Virus record (IMG/VR): IMGVR_UViG_3300045988_019905
Source of the DNA: a virus
Direction: 5' to 3' (one strand)
DNA length: 64,000 nucleotides
Positions 1 to 10,800 of the stretch are shown one piece after another. The position numbers were made by a program, and so were the translations under genes. The notes under the pieces were generated by a model. That model saw only the letters and a program-made list of their open reading frames with translations. It ran no database searches and was not told the DNA's origin. Each line of letters starts with the position of its first letter. Within the stretch, counting starts at the first letter, position 1.

Positions 1-3000
1 ATAGCAACTTTATATAAAGTAGAAACTTTATTTCTAACTATATTAATATAATTAGTAGCTAATACAGTTTTAGTCTTTCCAAGTTTATCAGTAATATCTC
101 TAACAATTCTAATCTCTTTAGCAAGTTCTGTATCTTTCGCAGTACCAAGATTGAAATAATACATCTTTTGACTGTTAGGGAGATACGTAAGATTAGACTT
201 ACCTTTATTGAATCTTACTCTATAAGTAGGAATCTGTGGTATATTAGAATGACTACGAATATAATCTTCGTAGATATTGTTAGCAACAAGTTCTTTATCA
301 GATATAGCACTAACGCCAAATCTAATACTATCAATAATTCCAGTACCACCGTCTTCGCGAGAAGTATAAAGAGCACTATTTTTAATGACTTTACTAACAT
401 TGCCACGACGGAATTGATAACCCTCAACAACAAAAGCATATTTAATAATATCAATAGCAGTTAATCTAATAATAGGATTAGTATTATTAAAAGCTGCATC
501 AAACATCTTATATACACTTTCCATGTCTTGTTGTTGGTCGTCAAAACGAATCACTTGACTACTAATACCACGAGTTCTAAACTCATAACCGTTAAATAGA
601 TTAACATTAAGACTATTAAAAATAGTACGTTGACTTCCACTTAAATGACGTTGTACAAAATGTACTTTTTGAGCAGGAGTAAGTTTAGAGAAAGCATTAA
701 CTTCTTCTTGTGTAGGATTAGCAACATTAGCTATGTTAATATCATAGTTAATATCGTAACCAAATCCATAGATTCTTCTCTCTTCATCCTCTACGGGGGA
801 ACGTCCCTCTGATTCTACTTTACTTGCTGTTAATATATCTACTGCAATATTACCATTTCTTTCAAGTTCAATAGGCTGTGATATAATAGCAGAATTATTC
901 TTATACATATGTTCAAGAACATACTTCTTAAAATCATTATAAAGTTTCTCATTAACAGTTCCACCAAGATAATTCTGAATACTCTTAATAGCATTAGTGA
1001 AAGCATAAGATTCAGTTTCAAATAAACCTTGATTAATAAGAATACTTGGAACTGTACTATATCTTAAGAATCCATCAAGTATTGGATAAGCACTATCTTC
1101 ATTATTAGACGACAAGTAAATACTTGGCATGAAAGCTCCTTCTTCGGTAGCAGCAGTAATACCCGGATAAATAGCTTCAAGCAAAGGCTTATCTTTTACT
1201 TTAAGACGAGCAGCATCATCACTACTAAGTATTGCACTTATATCATCAATAACTTTACGTGTACTAAATATAGTTTGTTTAGCTCCAAATTTATCAGGAT
1301 TAAGTACTTTAACATGATTAGCTATAATACGACTATAATCATTAATATAATTAAAGTTAAGTATAGCAGCTAAATCTATTAGTAAAGTAGATTCATCGTA
1401 AAGACCAGCATTTTGTGCTGCAAATCGTTCTTCAATAGTTGGAACGTCTATTGTAAATACATCAGCATTATCTCTATTATCAAAGCTAATAGTACTATTA
1501 GGATACATCTTAGCAAACTCTTCTCCGTATTGTTGTTGAAGAGCTGTCATAACTTCCGTGATATTATTGTTATCAGTAACTACTTCATTACGTACTTTAA
1601 CTCCTAAATCATGAGCAACACGTTTAATTGCTGTATGAATAGGATTATAATTACCACGAACAAATACAGATTGAGATTCATAATAAGCCTCAACTATTCT
1701 ACTAACACCTGGCTGACGAAGCCAAGCCATAGCTGTATAAGCATCACAACCAATATCAAATAGAGTTTTAAATGCAGCAAACGTATATTCATTCTCATTC
1801 TTAATAGCTCCTTCTTTGATAGCATCAAGAATATGAGCGGTAGTATGAGAACTTGCAACTGTAATGTAGTCACCTACTACGTTCTTATTGTTTTTACTAT
1901 TTCCTATTCGGTTATGATAGACTATGCCATCTTTGACAGGAAATGCCTGAGCAGCAATATCAAGATTAACTCTATTACCATATCTTACTCTAATAGGAAC
2001 ACTAAGTTCAGCTTTAGCAACATTGAATACAGAGTTACCTGTATCGCGAGCAACACTAAATGCTTTCAATGTAGCACCTCCCATAGCATTTCTATGGAAT
2101 TGAATCTGGTCAAAAAGATTATAAACGTTTCTTTGTTTAGCACCAACAGCATCAAGTTTATCAAGAGCTTTATTTGCAGCAGTAATATCATCAAAGTTAC
2201 TACGAGCAAGATTCTCTTCGAGACTTGATTTATCATTCATGATAGCAATCATACTATCAACGATACGATTGTTTCGAGCGCGACGGTTATTTTGGTCTTC
2301 AATAGGAAGCTGTTTAAATTCCTCATAAGTAGGTAATCCAAAAGCAACAGCACGTTCATTAATAATATCTCCGAATTTATCTCTTGATAATTCTTTAATA
2401 TCATCTATTGTAAGACTATTAGCATTATCATTAATACGTCTGAACATATCTCTTTGTTCAGCAATAACGTCAGCTATTCTACTATACTTATCATAGAACT
2501 GTATAAATGCTGGATTATCTCCATATAGTCTACTATAAGTAGGCATAATAGAAAGGAGTCCACTAACTCTATCAGCAAACTTCAATTCTTTATTACGAAG
2601 AAAACCATCAACAATAGGTTTAAATTCATCAGGCAATTCATGATAAGTATCACCCTCATCAAGAAGTTCTTTTACTCTCTTTTCAAGATAATCTTCTAAA
2701 TCTTTATTACTCTTACGAATAACTTCAAAATATTTATCTTTAATAGATTGTTTAGTATCTCTATCTACTTGAAGCATATCTCGTGTTATACGTTCTTTAT
2801 CAGAATTTCTAAGAACATGAGATACATATCTTCCATAAGTAGCAGCTTCAGCAGTACTATCGCTAAATTCTACTTTATGAATACGACCATCTTTACCAAG
2901 ATAAGTCTCATAGGCAATACCATAAATAGAGTCAACGTCAAAGTCAGAACCAGTCTGTGTTACCCATTCATCTGGAACTACAATAGTACTTCCCATCCAT

Positions 3001-6000
3001 TCAGGTAGAAAACCTACAACTTTCATAACAGCCATAGACTGTTTACCCTCTGTTGGAATACGATAACCAATACATTTAAGAACTTCTTCATCAATATCTT
3101 CAATACGAATCTCTTTAACAAGATTACCATTTTCATCATATTGATTGAACATAGCTTTTGCCCATTTAGGAAGAAGTATTTCTACTTCTGAGCCATCTTT
3201 ATGATAGCCAAGTTCAACACGTTCACCAGTATCAGTTTCAATAGTTTCACCAGCTTTAAGTTGTTTACTCTTTTTAATAAGTCCATCAAGACCAACACTT
3301 GTTACTTGAGCAGCGTGCCATCCAGGAAGTTTTTGTCTTGTAATAAACTTATTAAATTGACTTTGAGCAATACTCTCAATTTTACTTGAGACAATATTCA
3401 TATAATTAGGCATGACCGGACCAGCATCACCATTCTTAACAGAAAGATAATCAATAGTATTACTATCAAGTCCAAGACGAGCAGCCTCTACCATCGCTAA
3501 TTTATAAATACGAGTATAATCAACTTTACCGTTATTGTCTCCTATAATACGATAGTTCCTATCAAACTTAATACCATACTTATCCATAAGAGCATTAAAG
3601 TCCTCACGGATATTAGCAACATAAGCTTTAATAAAATTATTCTTATGACTACTAACAGCAGCTTGGCTATTATCAAGTATCTTTTTCATTACTTGAATAC
3701 CAGCTTTATTCTGTGCATCAGTAATATGTTGAGGAACATCTTGTTGCTTATAAAGATACATATAACTGAATGGTTGTTTAACCTTTATAGCTTTCTCTTT
3801 AAATGCAGCAAGATTATCAGGAGTTACAACTCCTTCATTATCCCAATAAGTAAGTACATCATAATTAGCAGCTTTACTTGTTTCTTGAGTATTAACTTGG
3901 TCAATATCATTTTCTATCATGAAATTGGCAAGTTCTCCTAAACTTGTTCCCTCAAGGAATTTAGGTACAAGAACAAACTCTGCATTCTTAATTTGACGAG
4001 GAAGATGTCTACCAAAACGATTATTATAATAATGGTCATAGTAGAAGTTCTTCATTACCTGTATGAACGCTTGTAAATCATTAGGATTAATCTGATTAAC
4101 ATCAGTAGTAGCATCAGTAAGTTGCTTAATAAGTTTAGCATACTTAGGATATTCTCCTAATATCTTAAGACGACGAGCAGCTTCATATATAGTAATATAA
4201 GATTGAGCGTCATTAACAGTTGTAGTCGTAGCACTTGTTTCACCCTCATTCTCTTCAGGAACATAACCAAAACCTTCAGCAATTTCTCTTGCTTTATCTT
4301 TATTAGTTCCAGCTTCAATAAGTTTATTATAAAGCATATTACGGTTAGTACTTGGACGAATACTATTCTTAATAGTAACAGCATTCCAACCAGTTCTAAG
4401 AGTTACAGCTTTACCGTTAGGGAATTTAAGAGCTTCATCTCCAACAGAAAGATAAGTACCAGCTACTTCATTAACTGATTGAGTAAACGGACTATCGTTC
4501 TCTTGAACAACCTTATAATTAGCTATTGAATAACTTGTACCACCAGCTTGACTTTCCTTAGCACGTTTAAGGAATGTTTGAGGGTCTTTATAATACTTAC
4601 TATTTCCTTCAAATAAATCATCAAAATTAGCAAAATGAAGATAAGCATTAAGACCATATTCTGTAATCTCATAATCAGCAATACCCTCAAGGAAAGAACC
4701 AAACTTATTATGAGTCTCTCTAACAAAGTATTGTTGATAAGCATCAATCCATTTAGTAACAATATTATCAAGTTGGTCTTCAACATTTGCATCAAAAGTT
4801 ATAGATGCAGACGCATTTGCAGATTCAGAATATCCTGTTAATTGTATGCCCCCCGTAGAGGATGTGGAGGCAACAAGTTCATCCATAGCTTGCTCAACAT
4901 TATAACCAACAGTACTATCAAGTTTAGTAAACTTAAAAGCATTACCAGTAAGTTTACCTTTATCTCTAATACCCTTTTTAGGATTATAATGAAACCATTC
5001 AACAAGATGTTCTTTATCATTATGCTCAACATCATAAAGAGCTTTATAATAATCAAACAGTTCTCCTTTTAGAATATTAAGGAAACCATTATAAAGAGGA
5101 TGACTCTTATTAATATTACGAGCTTCGGGATGATTAGTTTTAAATTCTTCTTCTACTAATTGAGTAATAGCAGAACGATATTCACTAAGTTCATCACTGA
5201 AAATAGCTTGCCCTTGATAAGTAGGATTCTCTATATAATAACTACCTTTACCGTCATCACTAAGAATACCACTGAAATAATGATATTGATAGCCCTCATT
5301 AGGTTTACTGATAACATAAGCAATAGTTTGACGTTCTCCAACTTTAGGTTTAAGATTAAGAACTTTAGCAGGACTTGTTTTAATACGTTCAGGAGTATTC
5401 ATAACAAGATTAACTACTTCGTCAACAGAAGCATTCATTGCATTGAACTTAGTAAGTTGTTCATCTGCAATACTTAAATCAGCTACTTTAATAAGTTCAT
5501 TAATTCTAAACTTAGTATAAGCAGTCATAGCCGCTTTATCATAATTCCAAAGACCATCAGTAGAATACTTAGGCATACTTACTGCAAAGTTCTTAGGAGC
5601 ATCTGAAGGGATTCTCATTAAGAAAGGAGCAGTTTCAATTTGACGACCATTAGCAGTAGCAGTATTATATTTCTTATAAGTTTGAAGCTTTTTATGATAA
5701 GCATAAAGACCTACAAGATAATAGTCACCGTCAGACATCTTGGTATAGTCAGCATTAGTACCAGCTTGTTGATTACTTACTCCATTAAGCAGATAAGGAC
5801 TAATAAGTTTTTCTGCATAAGGACTAAGTTCATATTCTCCATTAGGTTTAATTCTAAATAAACCAACTATGCCTTGTTCCGGTCTATCAATAAGAATATT
5901 ACTATAAGCATATTCTGTAGATTTAAGTTTCTCTTTAACCCAAGCATTAAGAACATCTCTATCTCCACATATCTTAGCAATATTAGTAATGAAGTTATTA

Positions 6001-7808
6001 TAGATAATATCACTATTAAGATTGCCTTCAACATTACGAGAATTAAGTTCAGCTTTAGAATATACATAAGGTTCAATAGCTTGAGCTATATTACCAAGTA
6101 CTTCATCAGCTCCACGAAGATATTCTCCATCAAATTTAGGAAGTTCTTTCTCTACATATTTAGCATCTGTAACACCAGCCATTTGAGCTTGCTGATAATC
6201 AGCAAATCTTCTTCTGTTTTCTCTTTGTACTTCTCTATATTTAAAGTCTCTATCTTCCTTTTCAGCAAGACTTTGTTTTGCAGCACTATTAACTGTACGA
6301 AGATAACTAATAAGCTTATCAACATTATCATTACGATGAGTGGCTACTGTTTGATTATTACGTTCAATGTAATTATCAATAGCTAACTCGTTCATACTTG
6401 GAAAGTATGTCTTATATAGTTCTTTAAGTTGACGAACTACATCATCAAATTTAGTAGCATTAGCTTGAGCAACAGAAGATTGAAGATTACCACGACGAGC
6501 GCTCTTAACTCCCGATACTTTACCTGATGATTTAAATCTCTTAAATGCTTCATCAAGTTCATCAATTTGTCCCTCAATATCAATATTATCAGTCTGAATA
6601 GAACTACCTTTTAAATCATTACGAAGATTAAAATATAGTTTACGAACAGGATTATTAGAAGTATTACTTTGAATAGATTTAATAGAACCAAAACCATCAA
6701 TAGTAACTTCAAGTTTATCAATAGTAAATTTATTTAAATCAGTATATATCTTATTAGCTAAATCAGAATTAGCACGCATATCATTAGCCAATTTAATAAA
6801 TGCTGCAAATTCTTTCTTATTATTAGCAACAACTTCAATAGCATCAATAAAATCATTAATAGATTTAAAACCGCCAAGATTACTAATAATATTAGAAAGT
6901 TCAATAGTACATTCTTGATAAGTATGACAAGTAGGAACTCCAAGAGGATTACTACGGTCTACATCATAACGTCCATCATTATAACGTTGAGTACTATTAA
7001 AACGCTGCAAACTATCAAAGTATTGTCTAACTACTTCACTAATATGTTCAGTATAATTAGCAATATTAGAACCAAAATCCCATTGTTTAGTACTAAGGTC
7101 TACTTCATCTCCTTGTTCTACATCAGTGATAACATCTTCAGTATTATCACTCATAAGAGACAATTTGAAAGCCTCATCTTGAAAATCAGTATTACGTCCA
7201 AGAGCAGCAACTTTACTATTATAGAATACTTCATTCCAAAAGTCTGGGTCACCAAGAGCACTTTGAACTAAATCTTTAAAGTTACGTTCTTGGTCAGTTC
7301 CATTTTCTTCAATAGCATAATAGGCAGCTTCGATATTATTAATATCAAAACTGCCATATTGATTAGCTTTAACTATAAGTTGTTTTTTAAGAGCATTCTT
7401 TGCAGTAGCAATAAGACTTGTAACGTAATTCTCTTTACGTTTATCTGCATCAGAAGTTCTATAATTAACTGTACTAATAAGGTCTGCACAATATTGAGTA
7501 GCAGTATCAAACGCAGCTTGACTACGAAAAGCATACATACCACTATTAGCATTTACTTTAGAAGTATTATTAACATTAAAGAAGTTTCTATTACGATACT
7601 CTTTAATAAGACGACGGAGAACATTCTTGTTAATACTTTCAAGATTATCCGTCTTAGCAACTGCATCTTCTCTACAATATTGAAGGAATCCATCAGTTTT
7701 GAGAAGTGCTCCAAGTTTATAACAATCAGCAGGATTGTTATTTTCGAGTTCCTTAATTACATCATTAACTTTAGGAACATTATGAAATTCAATAGAACAT
7801 CCGTCCAT
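1..7808 (-). CDS. Virion-packaged two-barrel DNA-dependent RNA polymerase of crAss-like phages (phi14:2 gp66 family), truncated at its 3' end by the window edge
   Basis: Seen: the gene is absent from the ORF track only because it has no stop inside the window. The ATG is at 7808, with an in-frame stop upstream at 7848-7850. I hand-translated the frame and checked it at 7741-7808, 4833-4871, 2931-2945 and 3-26; it is open for 2602 codons down to position 3. The protein contains ...GYRIPTEGKQSMAVMKV...VPDEWVTQTGSDFDVDSIYG..., with the DxDxD triad DFDVD encoded at 2931-2945. Established: a DxDxD metal-binding loop resembling beta-prime NADFDGD is the catalytic signature of two-barrel RNAPs, including the giant virion RNAP of crAss-like phages. 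Inference: position at the end of the giant virion-protein block fits that family. Confidence 0.8.
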   Translation of the reverse strand, partial: MDGCSIEFHNVPKVNDVIKELENNNPADCYKLGALLKTDGFLQYCREDAVAKTDNLESINKNVLRRLIKEYRNRNFFNVNNTSKVNANSGMYAFRSQAAFDTATQYCADLISTVNYRTSDADKRKENYVTSLIATAKNALKKQLIVKANQYGSFDINNIEAAYYAIEENGTDQERNFKDLVQSALGDPDFWNEVFYNSKVAALGRNTDFQDEAFKLSLMSDNTEDVITDVEQGDEVDLSTKQWDFGSNIANYTEHISEVVRQYFDSLQRFNSTQRYNDGRYDVDRSNPLGVPTCHTYQECTIELSNIISNLGGFKSINDFIDAIEVVANNKKEFAAFIKLANDMRANSDLANKIYTDLNKFTIDKLEVTIDGFGSIKSIQSNTSNNPVRKLYFNLRNDLKGSSIQTDNIDIEGQIDELDEAFKRFKSSGKVSGVKSARRGNLQSSVAQANATKFDDVVRQLKELYKTYFPSMNELAIDNYIERNNQTVATHRNDNVDKLISYLRTVNSAAKQSLAEKEDRDFKYREVQRENRRRFADYQQAQMAGVTDAKYVEKELPKFDGEYLRGADEVLGNIAQAIEPYVYSKAELNSRNVEGNLNSDIIYNNFITNIAKICGDRDVLNAWVKEKLKSTEYAYSNILIDRPEQGIVGLFRIKPNGEYELSPYAEKLISPYLLNGVSNQQAGTNADYTKMSDGDYYLVGLYAYHKKLQTYKKYNTATANGRQIETAPFLMRIPSDAPKNFAVSMPKYSTDGLWNYDKAAMTAYTKFRINELIKVADLSIADEQLTKFNAMNASVDEVVNLVMNTPERIKTSPAKVLNLKPKVGERQTIAYVISKPNEGYQYHYFSGILSDDGKGSYYIENPTYQGQAIFSDELSEYRSAITQLVEEEFKTNHPEARNINKSHPLYNGFLNILKGELFDYYKALYDVEHNDKEHLVEWFHYNPKKGIRDKGKLTGNAFKFTKLDSTVGYNVEQAMDELVASTSSTGGIQLTGYSESANASASITFDANVEDQLDNIVTKWIDAYQQYFVRETHNKFGSFLEGIADYEITEYGLNAYLHFANFDDLFEGNSKYYKDPQTFLKRAKESQAGGTSYSIANYKVVQENDSPFTQSVNEVAGTYLSVGDEALKFPNGKAVTLRTGWNAVTIKNSIRPSTNRNMLYNKLIEAGTNKDKAREIAEGFGYVPEENEGETSATTTTVNDAQSYITIYEAARRLKILGEYPKYAKLIKQLTDATTDVNQINPNDLQAFIQVMKNFYYDHYYNNRFGRHLPRQIKNAEFVLVPKFLEGTSLGELANFMIENDIDQVNTQETSKAANYDVLTYWDNEGVVTPDNLAAFKEKAIKVKQPFSYMYLYKQQDVPQHITDAQNKAGIQVMKKILDNSQAAVSSHKNNFIKAYVANIREDFNALMDKYGIKFDRNYRIIGDNNGKVDYTRIYKLAMVEAARLGLDSNTIDYLSVKNGDAGPVMPNYMNIVSSKIESIAQSQFNKFITRQKLPGWHAAQVTSVGLDGLIKKSKQLKAGETIETDTGERVELGYHKDGSEVEILLPKWAKAMFNQYDENGNLVKEIRIEDIDEEVLKCIGYRIPTEGKQSMAVMKVVGFLPEWMGSTIVVPDEWVTQTGSDFDVDSIYGIAYETYLGKDGRIHKVEFSDSTAEAATYGRYVSHVLRNSDKERITRDMLQVDRDTKQSIKDKYFEVIRKSNKDLEDYLEKRVKELLDEGDTYHELPDEFKPIVDGFLRNKELKFADRVSGLLSIMPTYSRLYGDNPAFIQFYDKYSRIADVIAEQRDMFRRINDNANSLTIDDIKELSRDKFGDIINERAVAFGLPTYEEFKQLPIEDQNNRRARNNRIVDSMIAIMNDKSSLEENLARSNFDDITAANKALDKLDAVGAKQRNVYNLFDQIQFHRNAMGGATLKAFSVARDTGNSVFNVAKAELSVPIRVRYGNRVNLDIAAQAFPVKDGIVYHNRIGNSKNNKNVVGDYITVASSHTTAHILDAIKEGAIKNENEYTFAAFKTLFDIGCDAYTAMAWLRQPGVSRIVEAYYESQSVFVRGNYNPIHTAIKRVAHDLGVKVRNEVVTDNNNITEVMTALQQQYGEEFAKMYPNSTISFDNRDNADVFTIDVPTIEERFAAQNAGLYDESTLLIDLAAILNFNYINDYSRIIANHVKVLNPDKFGAKQTIFSTRKVIDDISAILSSDDAARLKVKDKPLLEAIYPGITAATEEGAFMPSIYLSSNNEDSAYPILDGFLRYSTVPSILINQGLFETESYAFTNAIKSIQNYLGGTVNEKLYNDFKKYVLEHMYKNNSAIISQPIELERNGNIAVDILTASKVESEGRSPVEDEERRIYGFGYDINYDINIANVANPTQEEVNAFSKLTPAQKVHFVQRHLSGSQRTIFNSLNVNLFNGYEFRTRGISSQVIRFDDQQQDMESVYKMFDAAFNNTNPIIRLTAIDIIKYAFVVEGYQFRRGNVSKVIKNSALYTSREDGGTGIIDSIRFGVSAISDKELVANNIYEDYIRSHSNIPQIPTYRVRFNKGKSNLTYLPNSQKMYYFNLGTAKDTELAKEIRIVRDITDKLGKTKTVLATNYINIVRNKVSTLYKVA
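780..799 (-). repeat. Copy of the GC-rich dispersed motif (CCCCCGTAGRGGATGTGRAG family)
   Basis: Seen: the minus strand reads CCCCCGTAGAGGATGAAGAG. The copy lies inside the RNAP CDS in sense orientation and is translated ...GRSPVEDEE... Confidence 0.8.
4849..4870 (+). repeat. Copy of the GC-rich dispersed motif
   Basis: Seen: the plus strand reads CCCCCCGTAGAGGATGTGGAGG. The copy lies inside the RNAP CDS, antisense to the gene, and is translated ...ASTSSTGGIQ... Confidence 0.8.
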
Positions 7809-7831
7809 AGGTTTATCTTTATAAGAACGTC

Positions 7832-7863
7832 CGGCAGACGAGCGATTTTAAGGCTCTCTGCCG
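7832..7863 (-). promoter_or_regulatory. Intergenic stem-loop between the 1969-aa gene and the RNAP gene
   Basis: Seen: the minus-sense sequence is CGGCAGA-GAGC-cttaaaatc-GCTC-g-TCTGCCG, giving 7+4 bp of stem with one bulge. It lies 24 nt upstream of the RNAP ATG. The 3' tail (GACGTTCTTAT) is only weakly U-rich, so the role (attenuator, processing site or stabiliser) is inferred. Confidence 0.45.
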
Positions 7864-7890
7864 AACTTTCTTGTTTATAGCTTTACTTCT

Positions 7891-10800
7891 TTATAGGCAA
7901 TAAATTTTCGTCTCACCAGCAGCCAAAGAACGGTCAAATTCGGTACGTTCGGCGGCTGTAAGTCCGGTACGAATAGACGCCATGTTTGGCACACTTAGAT
8001 TATCACCTGTAATATCAATAGAACTAAACATATCACTAATATCAACATCAAGTCCCATAGTATCATCCGCTTGTTGAGACAGTTCAGCAGCAGTACTTTC
8101 TTGTTCATTAATGACGGTTGTAATAGGGGGAGTAGGTTCTTCTACTTTATTATTAACATCATCTTGAATAAGTTTCTCTTCAACACTCTTTATATCTTTG
8201 AACTTCTTACCAAATGCTCTAAGTTCTTGAGCTAAAAGAGTATTATCTTTAATCTTATTAAATCCAAATAGTTGTCTAATAAGCTCTATAATCTTCTGCC
8301 ATAGATTAGGTCGTTTAACATCAGCAGTAACTTTCTTAGTACTACTAATATTATTAAGAGCTTCATTAAGAACATTATTAGTAAGACTTTCAACAATAAA
8401 TTCTTCAAGCATATACGTATAATCCTTATTAGGAAAACTTGCAGGGTCAACTACTTTACGAAGTTGAGCAATATAATTATCTCTATCATAGAGATTATCT
8501 TGTATATGCTTAGTAAAATCTGGATAAGCATCAGGATTATTAAGAGCATTAATAAACGCATCACGAATAGCGCTAATCTCGTCTATGAAAATTTGAGATT
8601 GCATAATACCATTATCATAGATACGTTTATGAAGTTGTTCATGAGCAAGAACTCTAACAGCTTTATATTGACTACCACGAGCTAAATTAAAGAATGGTTT
8701 AAATAATGTAATACTACCATCAGCAGTATGATAAACTGCATAATCGGTATTATCATTAAAAGTATCAATAGAAACATTAGCAGGAAGTATTTCATCTAAT
8801 ATAGCTTTATCAGCAGCAGTTAGAAATTCAGGAGCAGTAGCTTTGATAATATCATTAGTAGGTACATTGTCTTGGTCACCACGTTGTTCGAGAGCATTAA
8901 TAGCAGCTTGTCTTGCTGTCTCTGCATCCTCTACGGGGCGCAGCACTTCATATTCAATCCGAACTTTTTGTTTAGCTGAATCATCTTTAGGATTAGGTCT
9001 AAAGTTACTTTCATAACCACCAATATTAGTCTTACCTAATCTAATCTTACCAGTACCGTTCTTGATAATATAATCAAGATAATTACCATAATTGTAAGAT
9101 TTATCTCCAAATGTAACAGTTAGTGAACCATTATCCTCATGTTTAACATAACGATTGCTATCTGTACCTCTGGCAATACCATGACTCATACTATAAACAG
9201 AACTATCAAGAAGTTTATTAACAACATCTGCTAATTCTGTTTCAAGAGTACCACCCCAACCAGTTCTACCAACACCAGCACCACTAACTTGAGTAGGATT
9301 CAATGTAATACCTGTGCCTAAGTCTGTACTATCATTCTTAAACTTATAGATAGTAATCATTGGTATATCACTTCCAGCAGTAGTTATAATTATACGATTA
9401 TTATATTCAATACAATTAACTCCATCTATAAAGTTCTTAACACCAAAGATTGACATAAGTCTATCTTTAAGTTCTTCAAATGTAATATTTCCTTGTTGAC
9501 GTTCTCTAATAGAATTAAGTACTTCATCACGAATAGCAGCACCTAATCCATTATTATAATTAACAGCTTGAGGAATAACTTTAGCATAGAAAGGCTCATT
9601 AGTTCCATTAGGAACAATAACTACCATATTACGATTCTTAAATCCAGCTTTGATTCTAACAGTTCCATTAGTGATATCATGTATTTCTCCGTCAGCAGCA
9701 ATAGCTCCAAGATGAATATCATCATAATTAAAACCTACAATAGCTTTATCAATAGCGGCAGGAGTAACATCATCTCCAAAGATTGCTTCTCCTCGACTAA
9801 TATATTTAACAGTAATCTTTATATTATCTTGATTATCAATAATATTATCAACCATTTTATAGTTGTTATATTGTTTAGCAATCCAATCTACATAAGATTG
9901 ATAGTTTGCATCAAGATTATCACTTACATTATAAAGATAAACACTACCTATACTTCTAAGTAGTCTAACAGCATTATCATTATTAGTATTTTTATTCTTA
10001 ACTTGATTAAGAAGTTCTTTAGTAAGACTATTGTTCCAGAACTTATCAATATCTTCTTGAGTAAGTCTTCCAGCTTTATTCTTATAAAGAGCATCTATAA
10101 ACTCTTTAGCTTCTTCACTAAGAACTCCATTTTGAGGATTAAGTTGGTCAAACAGGTCATCCAACGTACTACTATAACCATCTTCATTATATCTGATTTC
10201 ATAAGTTAAATAACCATTATCAAATATATATCCATCATTGTCAGCAGTTCGTTTAGCTCTTGAATTAAATCCTATCTTAGCATCTATTGGACCAGCAGGA
10301 CTATTAACCGTAGTCCAAAACTCAACTCCTTGCGATTTAACAACAGGAATAAGAGGTTGTCCAACAGCTAAAGAAGCGAGAGCTTGTTTACCAAAATCAT
10401 TATCTGTTCTAACTCCGATATTATTATCAAGTTCAGGATTCTCACGCTCTTGGTCTTGTACCAACTCCATCAACTTTTCACGACTAAGAGCAACATCTCT
10501 TGGGGATATATTGATAAGATTCTCATCAACTCCCGATACAAGATAAGCACTCAAATCGTTATAGAGTTTGTTCACCGTTTCAAATGTAGCATTACTTTCG
10601 TTAATTGCAAATCTCATTAGACTAATTATATTAAAATAATCCTTTCCACCTATTGATAGAATATTATTATCAGCTTTATAAATATCTATGAGATTCCTAA
10701 AGTATTCTGCACGATTAGCTTCATCAGCAGTCATAAGTTTAGCAATCACAAAATCTATACTACTTGCGTGTTCTCCATTATTCATTTCTTGAACACTATT

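Noticed and set aside
1-7880. The lack of any long ORF in the track suggested stop-codon reassignment (known in some crAss-like phages) or a non-coding region.
   Set aside because: Hand translation shows a single minus frame open from ATG 7808 to the window edge under the standard code. The track omits it because it has no stop inside the window.
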